DNA from: Candidatus Cloacimonadales bacterium
GTDB lineage: Bacteria; Cloacimonadota; Cloacimonadia; Cloacimonadales; JAFGVF01
DNA length: 64,000 bases
NCBI GenBank assembly: GCA_963663475.2
Contig: CAXXJV010000001.1
Coordinates: forward strand, 896,001 to 960,000
Direction of reading: 5' to 3'
Part shown: positions 1-9,629 of the stretch, piece by piece
How positions within the stretch are numbered: position 1 is the stretch's first letter
Layout: each line of letters starts with the position of its first letter
Made by a program: the position numbers and the translations under genes
Notes under the pieces: model-generated
Told to the model about the DNA's origin: nothing
Seen by the model: the letters and a program-made list of their open reading frames with translations, nothing else
Database searches by the model: none

Positions 1-2069
1 GAGTGAATCAGTTTTTTATTGAAATTAGTTTTAAAATCAACAAAAGTAGGACTAGTAATTAACTCATTTCTTAAATTTTTCAGCTGTTCTTGATTATAGT
101 TATCTTCACCTAATCGCAATCTTCCTAACTGTTGATAAAGATTATCTTCTAGAATATCATCATAACGATTTTCCTTAAGTAGTTTTATGAAATATTTAAA
201 TATGAATTTTTCATAGCTATTCAATTCATGGTGACTTATATTTTTTTTCCTTAGATAATTATCTGCTAGTAAGAAATCTATGTAATCACCAGCTCCTAAG
301 ACAGACGTACTTTTAACTATTGAATTTCTAGCTTCATTATCCTGAGGAGAATGGTTAGATTGGAAAAAGGTAAGGTCTATTGTTCCAGCCCCAATATCAA
401 TAGCTAAAATATTCTCCACTCTTCTTCGTAAATTAAACTCAATTCTCTTGAAATAATTTTCATAGCCCCTACCGTCTCTCAATTTGATGAAGTCATTTCT
501 TTTCTTTTTATCATAGTTCGCTATAACAGCCTCTGCTTCTGTTATTATATTTACATCAAGACAATTTTGAGACTGATAAAATGCATCCTTTAAAGTCTTC
601 TTATTTGCTAAAGTAAAAGTTTTGGGAACAGTTATGATATATTTTTTCAAAATCGTATCATCTAACCCTATTCTTCTAATCAGTGCATTTGTATAAATTT
701 CAATAATCCTTTCAATCTCAATTCCTTGGTATTGGTTATGACCAAGGATTAACTTAATTGCTGGGACTAGTATTTTTTTATTATCTTGATTTAAGGCATT
801 AAGGTCAGACCATCTTTCAATAAAAGAGAACATTCTAATCTCAATTTTTTTAATAAAAATATTTATGATATTTTCAAGAGTTGAGTAACTTTCTTCAAAG
901 ATATTCATTAAATGATTTACATCTTGATTATTGTTATTCTGGATTTGCCTGCATATGTCTGACCACAATTCATTATTGCCTAACAGAGTTTGAAATTCAC
1001 TGATAAAGGGAGATATTTTTTGCTGGGTTTCTTCATTAATCCAAGAATTTGGTCCAAAAATACTAGCATGTTGTATTTTTAGATTAGCTATTGTGGGGTG
1101 GGCAATACTAGCAATAAAGTCAATTTTCTCTTTTAATTGACCCAATAGATATTGTCTAATCTCAGAAATAGGTATACTGGTATCGAGAACACCTATTGCA
1201 CTAAGAATATGAGGATCTTTTTCTATAACCCCAGCATTGCTATCTGGATTATCATTGAATACCTTTGTCTTAATAAGTCCATTTTGATATTTATAATTAA
1301 CCACTATTCCACTCGTTCCCATATCTATAGCAATATTAACAAAATTATCAACTCGAATAATAATAATTTCATAAGTATGTTCAATTTCTCCATTATTTAG
1401 TATGTCTATGCTGATTCTGTTTTCACCAATATTCAAGTTTTGAAGATTGATGTTGGGCTTATTATTGAATTCTTGATCGTCTAATCTTAGGTTTAATTTA
1501 TAATTATTATTTACATCATTATCTCTCATATTTGATATACTTATATGGATTCCTTTGTGGTGACAATAAACAATATATCTTTTTCTTGAACTATAAAAAT
1601 TATGCTGGCCAATACGTAATTGGAAGCTATCTGTGTCTGGTAAGTTTCTAATGTTAGGGGAGTATTCTATTTCTCTTAAGGTTTTATTATTAAAACTCAA
1701 ATATATTTTTACGTCAATTTTCGGAATCAACCCATCACCAATACCTTTCCAATTTGGATCTTGATGATTTAGCTTTATTTGTAAGCAATTATTATCACTT
1801 TTTAAAATTTCAGCAGTTAATTGTGTTACAAGTGTTTCTTGAAAAATATCATTGTGGAAGATATAAGCTTCTATTTTAATGATGTCTTGCAGGATATAGT
1901 CACTAATGACATATTTATGTAACCACCATAGATTGGATATAACAAGGCTACCAAGATAATTGTTATCAGCTAAATCAGATTCATACTTAACACTAATATC
2001 TTTAATTTGTAGTACTTTTTTAACAATTTCATTTTTTTTATCATCAGGGATAATACTTGAAATAAACAT
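1..2069 (-). CDS. Hsp70/actin-fold ATPase domain protein, 3'-truncated by window edge (not in ORF track)
   Basis: Manual translation from ATG 2069 (RBS AAGGAGG upstream): MFISSIIPDDKKNEIV...; in-frame motifs IAIDMGTSG (~1310-1335), IITVPKTF (~615-638), ITEAEAV (~525-545), ILAIDIGAGTIDLT (~370-410), LGAGDYID (~275-300). Confidence 0.8.
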   Translation of the reverse strand, partial: MFISSIIPDDKKNEIVKKVLQIKDISVKYESDLADNNYLGSLVISNLWWLHKYVISDYILQDIIKIEAYIFHNDIFQETLVTQLTAEILKSDNNCLQIKLNHQDPNWKGIGDGLIPKIDVKIYLSFNNKTLREIEYSPNIRNLPDTDSFQLRIGQHNFYSSRKRYIVYCHHKGIHISISNMRDNDVNNNYKLNLRLDDQEFNNKPNINLQNLNIGENRISIDILNNGEIEHTYEIIIIRVDNFVNIAIDMGTSGIVVNYKYQNGLIKTKVFNDNPDSNAGVIEKDPHILSAIGVLDTSIPISEIRQYLLGQLKEKIDFIASIAHPTIANLKIQHASIFGPNSWINEETQQKISPFISEFQTLLGNNELWSDICRQIQNNNNQDVNHLMNIFEESYSTLENIINIFIKKIEIRMFSFIERWSDLNALNQDNKKILVPAIKLILGHNQYQGIEIERIIEIYTNALIRRIGLDDTILKKYIITVPKTFTLANKKTLKDAFYQSQNCLDVNIITEAEAVIANYDKKKRNDFIKLRDGRGYENYFKRIEFNLRRRVENILAIDIGAGTIDLTFFQSNHSPQDNEARNSIVKSTSVLGAGDYIDFLLADNYLRKKNISHHELNSYEKFIFKYFIKLLKENRYDDILEDNLYQQLGRLRLGEDNYNQEQLKNLRNELITSPTFVDFKTNFNKKLIH

Positions 2070-2086
2070 TTCATTCCTCCTTAGAA

Positions 2087-5002
2087 TTATAAGTTGTTAT
2101 ATTCTTCTTCGATTCTAGTCAAAGAGTAGCTAGAGATAATTAAAATAGTAAATGATGGGATAACAAATAATATATTCGAGAATTTGGCATGGCTTAGTAA
2201 ACAAGCTGGAATACCGACTATCGGAGATGTCCCTGCTACATTACCTATAGTAATAAGGTAATGGGAAATAATTAGTCCAGTTATAGCTAAAATGATATTA
2301 TTATAAGTTTTTTTTATTAGTGCTATTTCAGGATATATACTGTTAATATTACCAGATTTTTTTATGCTATTGAAGAATAACCAGAAAATTATCGATGCTA
2401 ACCATACAATTCCCCACCTTTTATATATAAAAAAGAAAAAGGATAAGGAAAAGTCATCTTTAATCTGTGGGACATTATCCAGTAGTGAAATTGAAGATAT
2501 GTTGCTGTTCAAAAAATGAGAAGATAGGTAAAATTGTTCATTTAGTATTGTCCATGGGTATCGGCACATGAAAAATCTTTGATGAAGGTAGGTTCCATTT
2601 GCAAAGTTGAAATAAGTTATGTAGCAGATGAAAAATAGCATTAATAGAGCAAAAGAAGAAAGATGTCTACTCTTTTCTTGGAGGAAAACTATTATAAATG
2701 ATATACTGAAAATAACCATATAGGATTGGTCATCCAAGCAAAAGGCAAAAGATATCGCTAGAATAAAACAGAGAATCCAACCCCAATACCTTGATAATGA
2801 ACTATTTTTACTATAAATATAAGTTGCCATAATAATAAATATTAGTTTTATTAATTCAAAGATAGGAAGATGTCTTCCAACCATAAGGATTCCTAACTCA
2901 TTTCCTCGAATTATCTGAAAAAAGAACAAAAGTAAAGAGTAGAAAAATATTTGAGGGAAAATATTGTATTTATTCTTATTAGCTTCAGTATTAAGGGTAC
3001 TATTTAAAAGGCCAAAAAAACCTTTTTTAAATGGGTCATCAGCTATATAATAAAATTTTTTAAATAAATAGCCGATAATAGAGACTGTAGCCAATGAGAA
3101 GATAATTCCGACTTTTAGTGACCTAATAAGTTCATTTTGCAAATAGTGAAGTCTGGGGGAATAAAAACTCATGATTGTCAAGTTTAACAAACCTTGGTAA
3201 CATAGTAATATAAAGATCAAGATAAAAGTTATTATTTGATTATCTATCCTTAAATATTGCATCAAGAAAATAACAAGAAGAGCAATAATGGAAAATATGC
3301 CTGTGATTTTGAGAATCTTATGGCGTATATTAACAGGTTTTGAGTAATTAATTTTAGTTTTCGACGAATGCTGACTATTTGTAAGTTCATTAGAAAATGT
3401 AAAATCATCTTGGTAGTAGTACTTTCTATTCTCATTTTTTGTATTAGTTATCACTAATAAACTATCTTCTTTTGAAATATCAAAATCAGAGTAGCCGATT
3501 CTAAATGATGGTTGATCATTAAATATTCTTCTTTCTTGAAGTTCATATAAAGAGTTAAAGTTATTTTCTCCCATAGATTTAACTTGAATATTGTGTTTTG
3601 CTCTAGGGCTGTAGTTAATTATTGAAAGGGTAATATCAGTTCTGAAAGAACTTAAACACAATAATATAATAGCTATTAGGAAAGTGACTCTAAAAAAGAG
3701 CATTTTTTTCTGCCAAAGTCTTACCAAAAGTCTTACAATGATTACTTTGATTGCATTCACAATCTTCTTCCATGCTCTATTATTATTAGGTTCTTCTATA
3801 TCATTAACTAAGGGAATATTTTCAATCTTACTCTTATCAGAAGAAAAAATTAAAATCAAATGAATGGTAGCTATATGAATAAAAACAAAAAGAATTATAA
3901 TGTCTAAGGAACTAACCAATGAAATATTACTAATAAGTGGTGTTTGGGTGATTATTAATGACATCCAGTTTAATATTAAATACGTGATAAAAAGGTAAAT
4001 AAGTGATAACACAAAAGTATTAATCAGGGATAATACTTTTGATAAGAGCTTATTTTTTACTGATGACGATCCTATCCTAAATGGCAATGTAAGTATATAA
4101 AATAATCGTGAAGCAAAGAATATAAAAACTCTTAAATTTAATCCTAAGTCGATGTTGATAGTTTCTCCAGTGAGGGTATAATTATGTAAAATATATAAAT
4201 ACATGGTCATGAATAAAAATAATACAATTAGAATTAATATAAGAAATGTTAAAGAGTTATAACTAAAAAACATCGATAGAATAATTAGAGTAATACAGAA
4301 GCAAAAAAACACGATAAACTTAGGAATTTTATTCCATAGTTCTCGATTAAGTTCAACCACCTTACTAGAATTTCTTATAATATATGAGGAAAAATCATTT
4401 AAGTATTTTTTATAAGGTGAGGAAAAGATTCCAATCGCTAATATTAGTAGTATGAGGGAAGGTATAAATCTATTTAAGTATTCAGGTAGATTAAATAAAT
4501 TTGATGTAACCCTAAAAATAACTTTCTGTGGAGAATTAAATTCTTTTGGAGGGAAAAAAGTAAAAGGTAAAGCGCTCCAAAGAAAATGTATTTCTTTATT
4601 ATTGCCATAAGAAATAATCTTAAAAAACTTATAGTCATTAAAGTCAATTTGATTATTATTTAGATTGATTTTATCTCCATCTTTCAACTTGTAATTTGAA
4701 AGGTAACTATTTCTTAGAACAACTCTATTAGTTGCTGATAAATTCTTGAATGAAAAATTTTCATAATCAGAAGAAGTAATAGCTAAATGATGATCACTAA
4801 TTTTGGGTAGATTTAAAACTATATCATTATCATCTGAAGAGCCAAGAGTTAATTCAAAGTCATCACTATTAGCAGGTAAAGGATAGATGTAACTAGTTTC
4901 AGATACTTTTATTATTTTTTCATTTTCCAATTTATGATAGGGAACGATAAAACTTATCATAAACAAAATAATAAAAATTGTGATAGTCAATATATTTCTC
5001 AT
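2087..5002 (-). CDS. FHA-like domain plus multi-TM region plus C-terminal FtsW/RodA/SpoVE (SEDS)-like domain
   Basis: N-term LTLGSSDDNDIVL..ISDHH..LKDGDKI (FHA-like); C-term LPIFELIKL, VPQIKDDFS, GNVAGTSPIVGIPACLLS resemble SEDS QPSE, PExHTDF and GxxPxxGIPLP motifs. Confidence 0.7.
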   Translation of the reverse strand: MRNILTITIFIILFMISFIVPYHKLENEKIIKVSETSYIYPLPANSDDFELTLGSSDDNDIVLNLPKISDHHLAITSSDYENFSFKNLSATNRVVLRNSYLSNYKLKDGDKINLNNNQIDFNDYKFFKIISYGNNKEIHFLWSALPFTFFPPKEFNSPQKVIFRVTSNLFNLPEYLNRFIPSLILLILAIGIFSSPYKKYLNDFSSYIIRNSSKVVELNRELWNKIPKFIVFFCFCITLIILSMFFSYNSLTFLILILIVLFLFMTMYLYILHNYTLTGETINIDLGLNLRVFIFFASRLFYILTLPFRIGSSSVKNKLLSKVLSLINTFVLSLIYLFITYLILNWMSLIITQTPLISNISLVSSLDIIILFVFIHIATIHLILIFSSDKSKIENIPLVNDIEEPNNNRAWKKIVNAIKVIIVRLLVRLWQKKMLFFRVTFLIAIILLCLSSFRTDITLSIINYSPRAKHNIQVKSMGENNFNSLYELQERRIFNDQPSFRIGYSDFDISKEDSLLVITNTKNENRKYYYQDDFTFSNELTNSQHSSKTKINYSKPVNIRHKILKITGIFSIIALLVIFLMQYLRIDNQIITFILIFILLCYQGLLNLTIMSFYSPRLHYLQNELIRSLKVGIIFSLATVSIIGYLFKKFYYIADDPFKKGFFGLLNSTLNTEANKNKYNIFPQIFFYSLLLFFFQIIRGNELGILMVGRHLPIFELIKLIFIIMATYIYSKNSSLSRYWGWILCFILAISFAFCLDDQSYMVIFSISFIIVFLQEKSRHLSSFALLMLFFICYITYFNFANGTYLHQRFFMCRYPWTILNEQFYLSSHFLNSNISSISLLDNVPQIKDDFSLSFFFFIYKRWGIVWLASIIFWLFFNSIKKSGNINSIYPEIALIKKTYNNIILAITGLIISHYLITIGNVAGTSPIVGIPACLLSHAKFSNILFVIPSFTILIISSYSLTRIEEEYNNL

Positions 5003-6009
5003 TGTTTTTCAACCTTGAGTGTGTATAAGCCAAGATCATAAGTCTCGCCATATTCTATTTCTTTACCATTAATTATCCATTTATTAGTTTCTAGCCTAAT
5101 TTTTTTGGGAAGCTCTGAAGATTCAGATGGGAGATACACTTTCTTGTAGGTGGCATGATTAGTGAAAAAATACTTAGGTATTTCTATTTTTAAATCTATC
5201 TCGCAAGCAAAATCAGATTCAATATCTTCTCTCAGGTTAATACAGCTTGCTCGACTGGCATTACATGAATAACAAATTTCTCCACTGTCATCTTTATAAA
5301 TTCCGATAACTGCTATGTCTTTCCCATTTCCATCTACAAATTCAAAGTTTTTACTGTTAAGATATAGTTCCAGTTTAGTAGTATTCCCTAATCTCTCAAT
5401 CACTTTCTTAGCAATTTCAGATAGTGATGCAAATTTAATTTTTTTTATTAATGTGAATTTACTTAGAAGGTCATTAATATTTATTACTCTTTCCTTTTCA
5501 ACGAGTTCAATATTTTTTTTCTCATCTTCAAAGCTAATTACTTGAGGATTAATATCTCTAATTTGCACAAAATCATTACTAATAACAGATTTACTGTTTG
5601 AATTCATAATAGTAGCAAATGGATCACTACTTATTAAGCAAAATTCATTATCTTTAATATTAAGAGAAATCGCTTTTTTATATGTGAGATTAGATGTACC
5701 ATTTAAATAATACTGATTAGATAAGAATTTATCATGAATCATTAGATAAGCTTTATTGAAGTCAATATGGGAGTATATGGTTTTTAAGTCAATTTTTATC
5801 CCAAGATAAGCTTTTGGCTCTTCGACATCTCCTATAAAGTATCTAAAAACTGAAGGAAGTATCAATGTTAGCTTATTTTTTTCATTACTAATTACTGATT
5901 CCATTTCCTTATTATCTTCATTTTTTGCCTGTATTTTTTCCTTAATCAATTTAGTAATATAGTTATTTGAAATCTCATTTAAATCTAAATTAATTTGAAT
6001 TATTTTCAT
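4999..6009 (-). CDS. hypothetical soluble protein (336 aa)
   Basis: Long ORF with RBS; 4-bp overlap with downstream gene. Confidence 0.75.
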   Translation of the reverse strand: MKIIQINLDLNEISNNYITKLIKEKIQAKNEDNKEMESVISNEKNKLTLILPSVFRYFIGDVEEPKAYLGIKIDLKTIYSHIDFNKAYLMIHDKFLSNQYYLNGTSNLTYKKAISLNIKDNEFCLISSDPFATIMNSNSKSVISNDFVQIRDINPQVISFEDEKKNIELVEKERVININDLLSKFTLIKKIKFASLSEIAKKVIERLGNTTKLELYLNSKNFEFVDGNGKDIAVIGIYKDDSGEICYSCNASRASCINLREDIESDFACEIDLKIEIPKYFFTNHATYKKVYLPSESSELPKKIRLETNKWIINGKEIEYGETYDLGLYTLKVEKQ

Positions 6010-6021
6010 GTTTATCCTTCC

Positions 6022-9000
6022 TTAATAAGTTGATAAGTTCTGATTATTGATGACATAGTCTCGAAACTCTTTAAACAGATTTACAGCAATTTCACTTGTT
6101 TGGTGTACTGAGTTAAGAACCAAAGAAAAGTAATATGTTTCACCTTCATATTCCCAGATACCTACAAACCAAGAGTTGTTTAGTTCTCTTTCATTACTGA
6201 GAGTTGAAGTTCCAGTTTTTGCATATAATCTTCCTAGGTTAGGAGGATCTTTAGAATATTTTTCTCCAATGTATGATTTTAGTCTAGGCATATAAGAAGT
6301 AATTATATTATTATTTATTGAAATTGCCTGTCCATTATATATTTTTTCCCCTATTTTGATTGATTTGAATAAATATGGCAATTTGATATATCCTTCATTA
6401 ATTAAAGAAAGAACCATGAGTTGTTGAAAATTGGTTAGAGAAGGAGTAACATCACCAACGGCAGCTTGTACAAAATCCCAACTGAAAAGCTCATTGTTAG
6501 GTAGAAATGAAGGATTAACAATTAAATCTTCAGCTATTGTGTCATGAAACAATAGTGAATTTCCTAATGAATCTAATAAATTACCTGTATAGGTTAATCT
6601 TTGGTTAAAGAATAATTTATCTCTCCAATAGTTAAAAGGATAATTTAAATATTCGTCTTCTTTTAGGCAGTAACCTTTAGGGCGAATATATGTAATATCG
6701 TCATATGAGTCGATAAAATCAAGGTTCAGGTGTAACATAGCATAAGAAAAATAAGTATTATAGCTATGTTCTAAGGCTTTTTGCAAATTATTGTCAGTAG
6801 GAGTGAAAACTGTATTTTCAGTTTCAAAATTTTTATGATTAAGAGTAATATTTTTATCAGGAGAAAAGATAAATGACTTTCCTTTGATATTATTCCAGTT
6901 ATCATTTCCGTTATTCAAATTAGGATTGTTTGTATAATCATCATGTAATAGGATATCAACATATTGTAGTCTAATATCATCTTCTTCTAATAAGGAGTCA
7001 GCATGAAGTAGGGTCATGGCGTTAATAAGTTTAATAGTTGAGCCTGGTGTTGCAGGGCTTTTGAAGTTATGATTTAAGTATCTGTTATTGAACCCTGAAA
7101 CATTGCTTCCATAACTTAAATCAACCAATAAGTTTCTTTCATTTCTTGGGTTATCGAAATAAGTGGAGTCTATAGATGGGTATGATGCAGAAACTAATAT
7201 CTCTCCATTTCTTTTAGTTAGTAGAAAAGCTCCCCAGGGTTCTGTTTTATCGTTTACTAAATCTCCATCTTTAAAACTAAAGTCATTAACATAAGATTCT
7301 AAAAGTCTATGGGCATATTCTTGCCAATCAGAATTTATTGTAGTTTCTATTTCAATTTTTTCATTTTTATACTGATTGGATAGCTCTTTAAAGTATGATT
7401 CTAGTCCAACAGTTTGTTTGGATTTATTATCATAAAAACCAAGCAAATTACTAAGTCCTCTCAAAGAAGAATAATTTCTTTTAGAATCTGGTGTGGAAAA
7501 GGCCAATATATTATTGTCCCTATCATAAATATTTGGTAATATAATATCAATTTTATCAAAAACATTCCTACTAACAGAAATGTCTTTTAGTTTTCCTTTG
7601 CTAAGTAGTAATAATTTGTTAGTAGGACCTAATGGTGAAGTATAAGGTTTAATCTGTACAGCAATGACTCCATTGGCAGATACCATATCTCCATTACTTA
7701 GCAATCTCCATGTTGAGTCTTGAATCTCATAAACAAGAACATCATTATTAAAGTCATAAAATATTGGACTTGAAACAGGCATATCATATCTAAAATAGTA
7801 GAATGCTTGTTCACTCTTTGGAGATATATTCTCATAGGGAAGAATGATTTTATTATCGTCAAGAGAATCGACCCTAACAGCTTGCAATCTATTAGAAGTG
7901 TAATGTTTTTCTCCAATATTTCGCATGTTATCGGTAAATGAACTTGGAGCAATATAACTGTTTAAGCTGCTTCTCCAGTTTCTATTTGTTGGAAATCTAG
8001 TATTATTGATTTCTAAGTATCCTTTTAAATAAGGATTTGGAAATAGTTTGACACTATTGTTATGTGTGATAAGGGATATTTGAATATTCTCTCTGGGAGC
8101 TGAGTTAATAATAATTTTTTTATTTCTATCACTGAAATCTCCTGAAATTACCTTATCAAAACCTCTGAGTAAATAATCACCAGTTGCACAAATCTTAACA
8201 TAACTTACAGTTTCTCCATCCTCAAGATTAAAATCAGTAGGTGTAAATATGAATTCTCTTTGGTGATTGACTGGAGGGTTTATCTGTAAGGGGAAGGCAA
8301 TAAATGATCCGAAATTTCGCTTAAAATAAGTGTCTCTATTATAACTAATAGCTCTCTCTCTAACATTGTTATGACTAACAAACCATGAATTATCCGTTGT
8401 AACAAATCTTTGTGTTTTATTCACGTGATTGTATATTGCGAAGGTAGCTGATATTCCTGGCTGGAAAATCAAACTTTGAGTTTCTGTTATAAGTTCTTTT
8501 AATAATGGTTTTAGTGCCAATTCATGATGCTTATTGATTTTCTTTAGTTTTTCATCACAGAGTAAAGAATCAGTAATGATGTCTCTTTTATAGTTTAAAG
8601 AATTATTTAATGGCCTAGAAAGCATATTATCTAGGTATTTGGTTTTGAAAGTGAACATTACTTTTTCATAATCTTTTTTAAAAATTGCTAAGGAAACACT
8701 ATTAGGAATAATTGCATTTTTTCTATAATCTATTGGTTTTAAAAGTTTGTTTTGAGAAACAATTATATTCTTTTTATCTCTACTTAGCTCTTTATGAATC
8801 TCAAGACCAGATTTATTTTTGAAAATTAACAGAGCTGATCTTGCTAGTTGGTCAAGAGAAAATTTGTTTTTATCTTGAATACTTATTGATACTTTCAGAT
8901 CATCTCTCAAATAATCACTTTGACTATGATTATTTAAAGGATGTTTATAATACATCTTATGTTTTTCAAGCTTCTGGACTATTTTTAAATTAATTTCTTT

Positions 9001-9615
9001 TTCTGCTAATTTTATAAGTATTGAATTTTCTTCAGTTAAAAGCGTAGGAAGTCTAACAGGGGTTAGATTGTTATTATTTCTCAGATAAAGATATTCGTCT
9101 GAATTAGGATATGTTGGATAAAGTACTAGTTGATTTTCTTGAAAGTCTAAACTTGCAATTAAATCTGGAATAAAAGTGTGGTCAGAAGATTTGTCAATAA
9201 CAATACTAGATTTTTTTTGATCAAAACCTATGTGAATAGTTCTACTACTAAGATCACTTCTATAAGCGTCGAAAATTGTCCTGTAGTAGAAATCTTTAGG
9301 CCTTGTATATAGTTCAAAATCAAGATCTTCAAAAGATATGATATCTCCATTTTTTAATTCATTAGTATTTGAAGTAATCAATTTATCGTTTATATAAGTA
9401 TTGTTAATATGAGATTTCGAAATCCAATTGTTATTTTCAAAATTAATTTCCAAAAGATCTGATCTACTTAAAAGTTTATCAGTCTCAACAATTATATAAT
9501 TATAATCGCTAGATACTTCTCCATTTTTCATTATACTGATGAGTTTTAATGAAAGGGATAGCATTGTAAGAGCTAAGAAAAGGACAATGGCTAAATTACG
9601 ATATAATATTTTCAT
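6022..9615 (-). CDS. Large class B penicillin-binding transpeptidase with N-terminal TM and FHA-like region
   Basis: PGSTIK (SxxK), HSYN (SxN), AKTGT (KTG); pedestal motifs IYDRDNNILA, VGLE, ETTINSDWQ, GEILVSASYPS; N-term NTYINDK..LKNGDIISF is FHA-like. Confidence 0.85.
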   Translation of the reverse strand: MKILYRNLAIVLFLALTMLSLSLKLISIMKNGEVSSDYNYIIVETDKLLSRSDLLEINFENNNWISKSHINNTYINDKLITSNTNELKNGDIISFEDLDFELYTRPKDFYYRTIFDAYRSDLSSRTIHIGFDQKKSSIVIDKSSDHTFIPDLIASLDFQENQLVLYPTYPNSDEYLYLRNNNNLTPVRLPTLLTEENSILIKLAEKEINLKIVQKLEKHKMYYKHPLNNHSQSDYLRDDLKVSISIQDKNKFSLDQLARSALLIFKNKSGLEIHKELSRDKKNIIVSQNKLLKPIDYRKNAIIPNSVSLAIFKKDYEKVMFTFKTKYLDNMLSRPLNNSLNYKRDIITDSLLCDEKLKKINKHHELALKPLLKELITETQSLIFQPGISATFAIYNHVNKTQRFVTTDNSWFVSHNNVRERAISYNRDTYFKRNFGSFIAFPLQINPPVNHQREFIFTPTDFNLEDGETVSYVKICATGDYLLRGFDKVISGDFSDRNKKIIINSAPRENIQISLITHNNSVKLFPNPYLKGYLEINNTRFPTNRNWRSSLNSYIAPSSFTDNMRNIGEKHYTSNRLQAVRVDSLDDNKIILPYENISPKSEQAFYYFRYDMPVSSPIFYDFNNDVLVYEIQDSTWRLLSNGDMVSANGVIAVQIKPYTSPLGPTNKLLLLSKGKLKDISVSRNVFDKIDIILPNIYDRDNNILAFSTPDSKRNYSSLRGLSNLLGFYDNKSKQTVGLESYFKELSNQYKNEKIEIETTINSDWQEYAHRLLESYVNDFSFKDGDLVNDKTEPWGAFLLTKRNGEILVSASYPSIDSTYFDNPRNERNLLVDLSYGSNVSGFNNRYLNHNFKSPATPGSTIKLINAMTLLHADSLLEEDDIRLQYVDILLHDDYTNNPNLNNGNDNWNNIKGKSFIFSPDKNITLNHKNFETENTVFTPTDNNLQKALEHSYNTYFSYAMLHLNLDFIDSYDDITYIRPKGYCLKEDEYLNYPFNYWRDKLFFNQRLTYTGNLLDSLGNSLLFHDTIAEDLIVNPSFLPNNELFSWDFVQAAVGDVTPSLTNFQQLMVLSLINEGYIKLPYLFKSIKIGEKIYNGQAISINNNIITSYMPRLKSYIGEKYSKDPPNLGRLYAKTGTSTLSNERELNNSWFVGIWEYEGETYYFSLVLNSVHQTSEIAVNLFKEFRDYVINNQNLSTY

Positions 9616-9629
9616 AATAATCCTAGTTG

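Noticed and set aside
1152-1400. 82-aa plus-strand ORF
   Set aside because: Antisense shadow of the Hsp70-like gene at 1-2069
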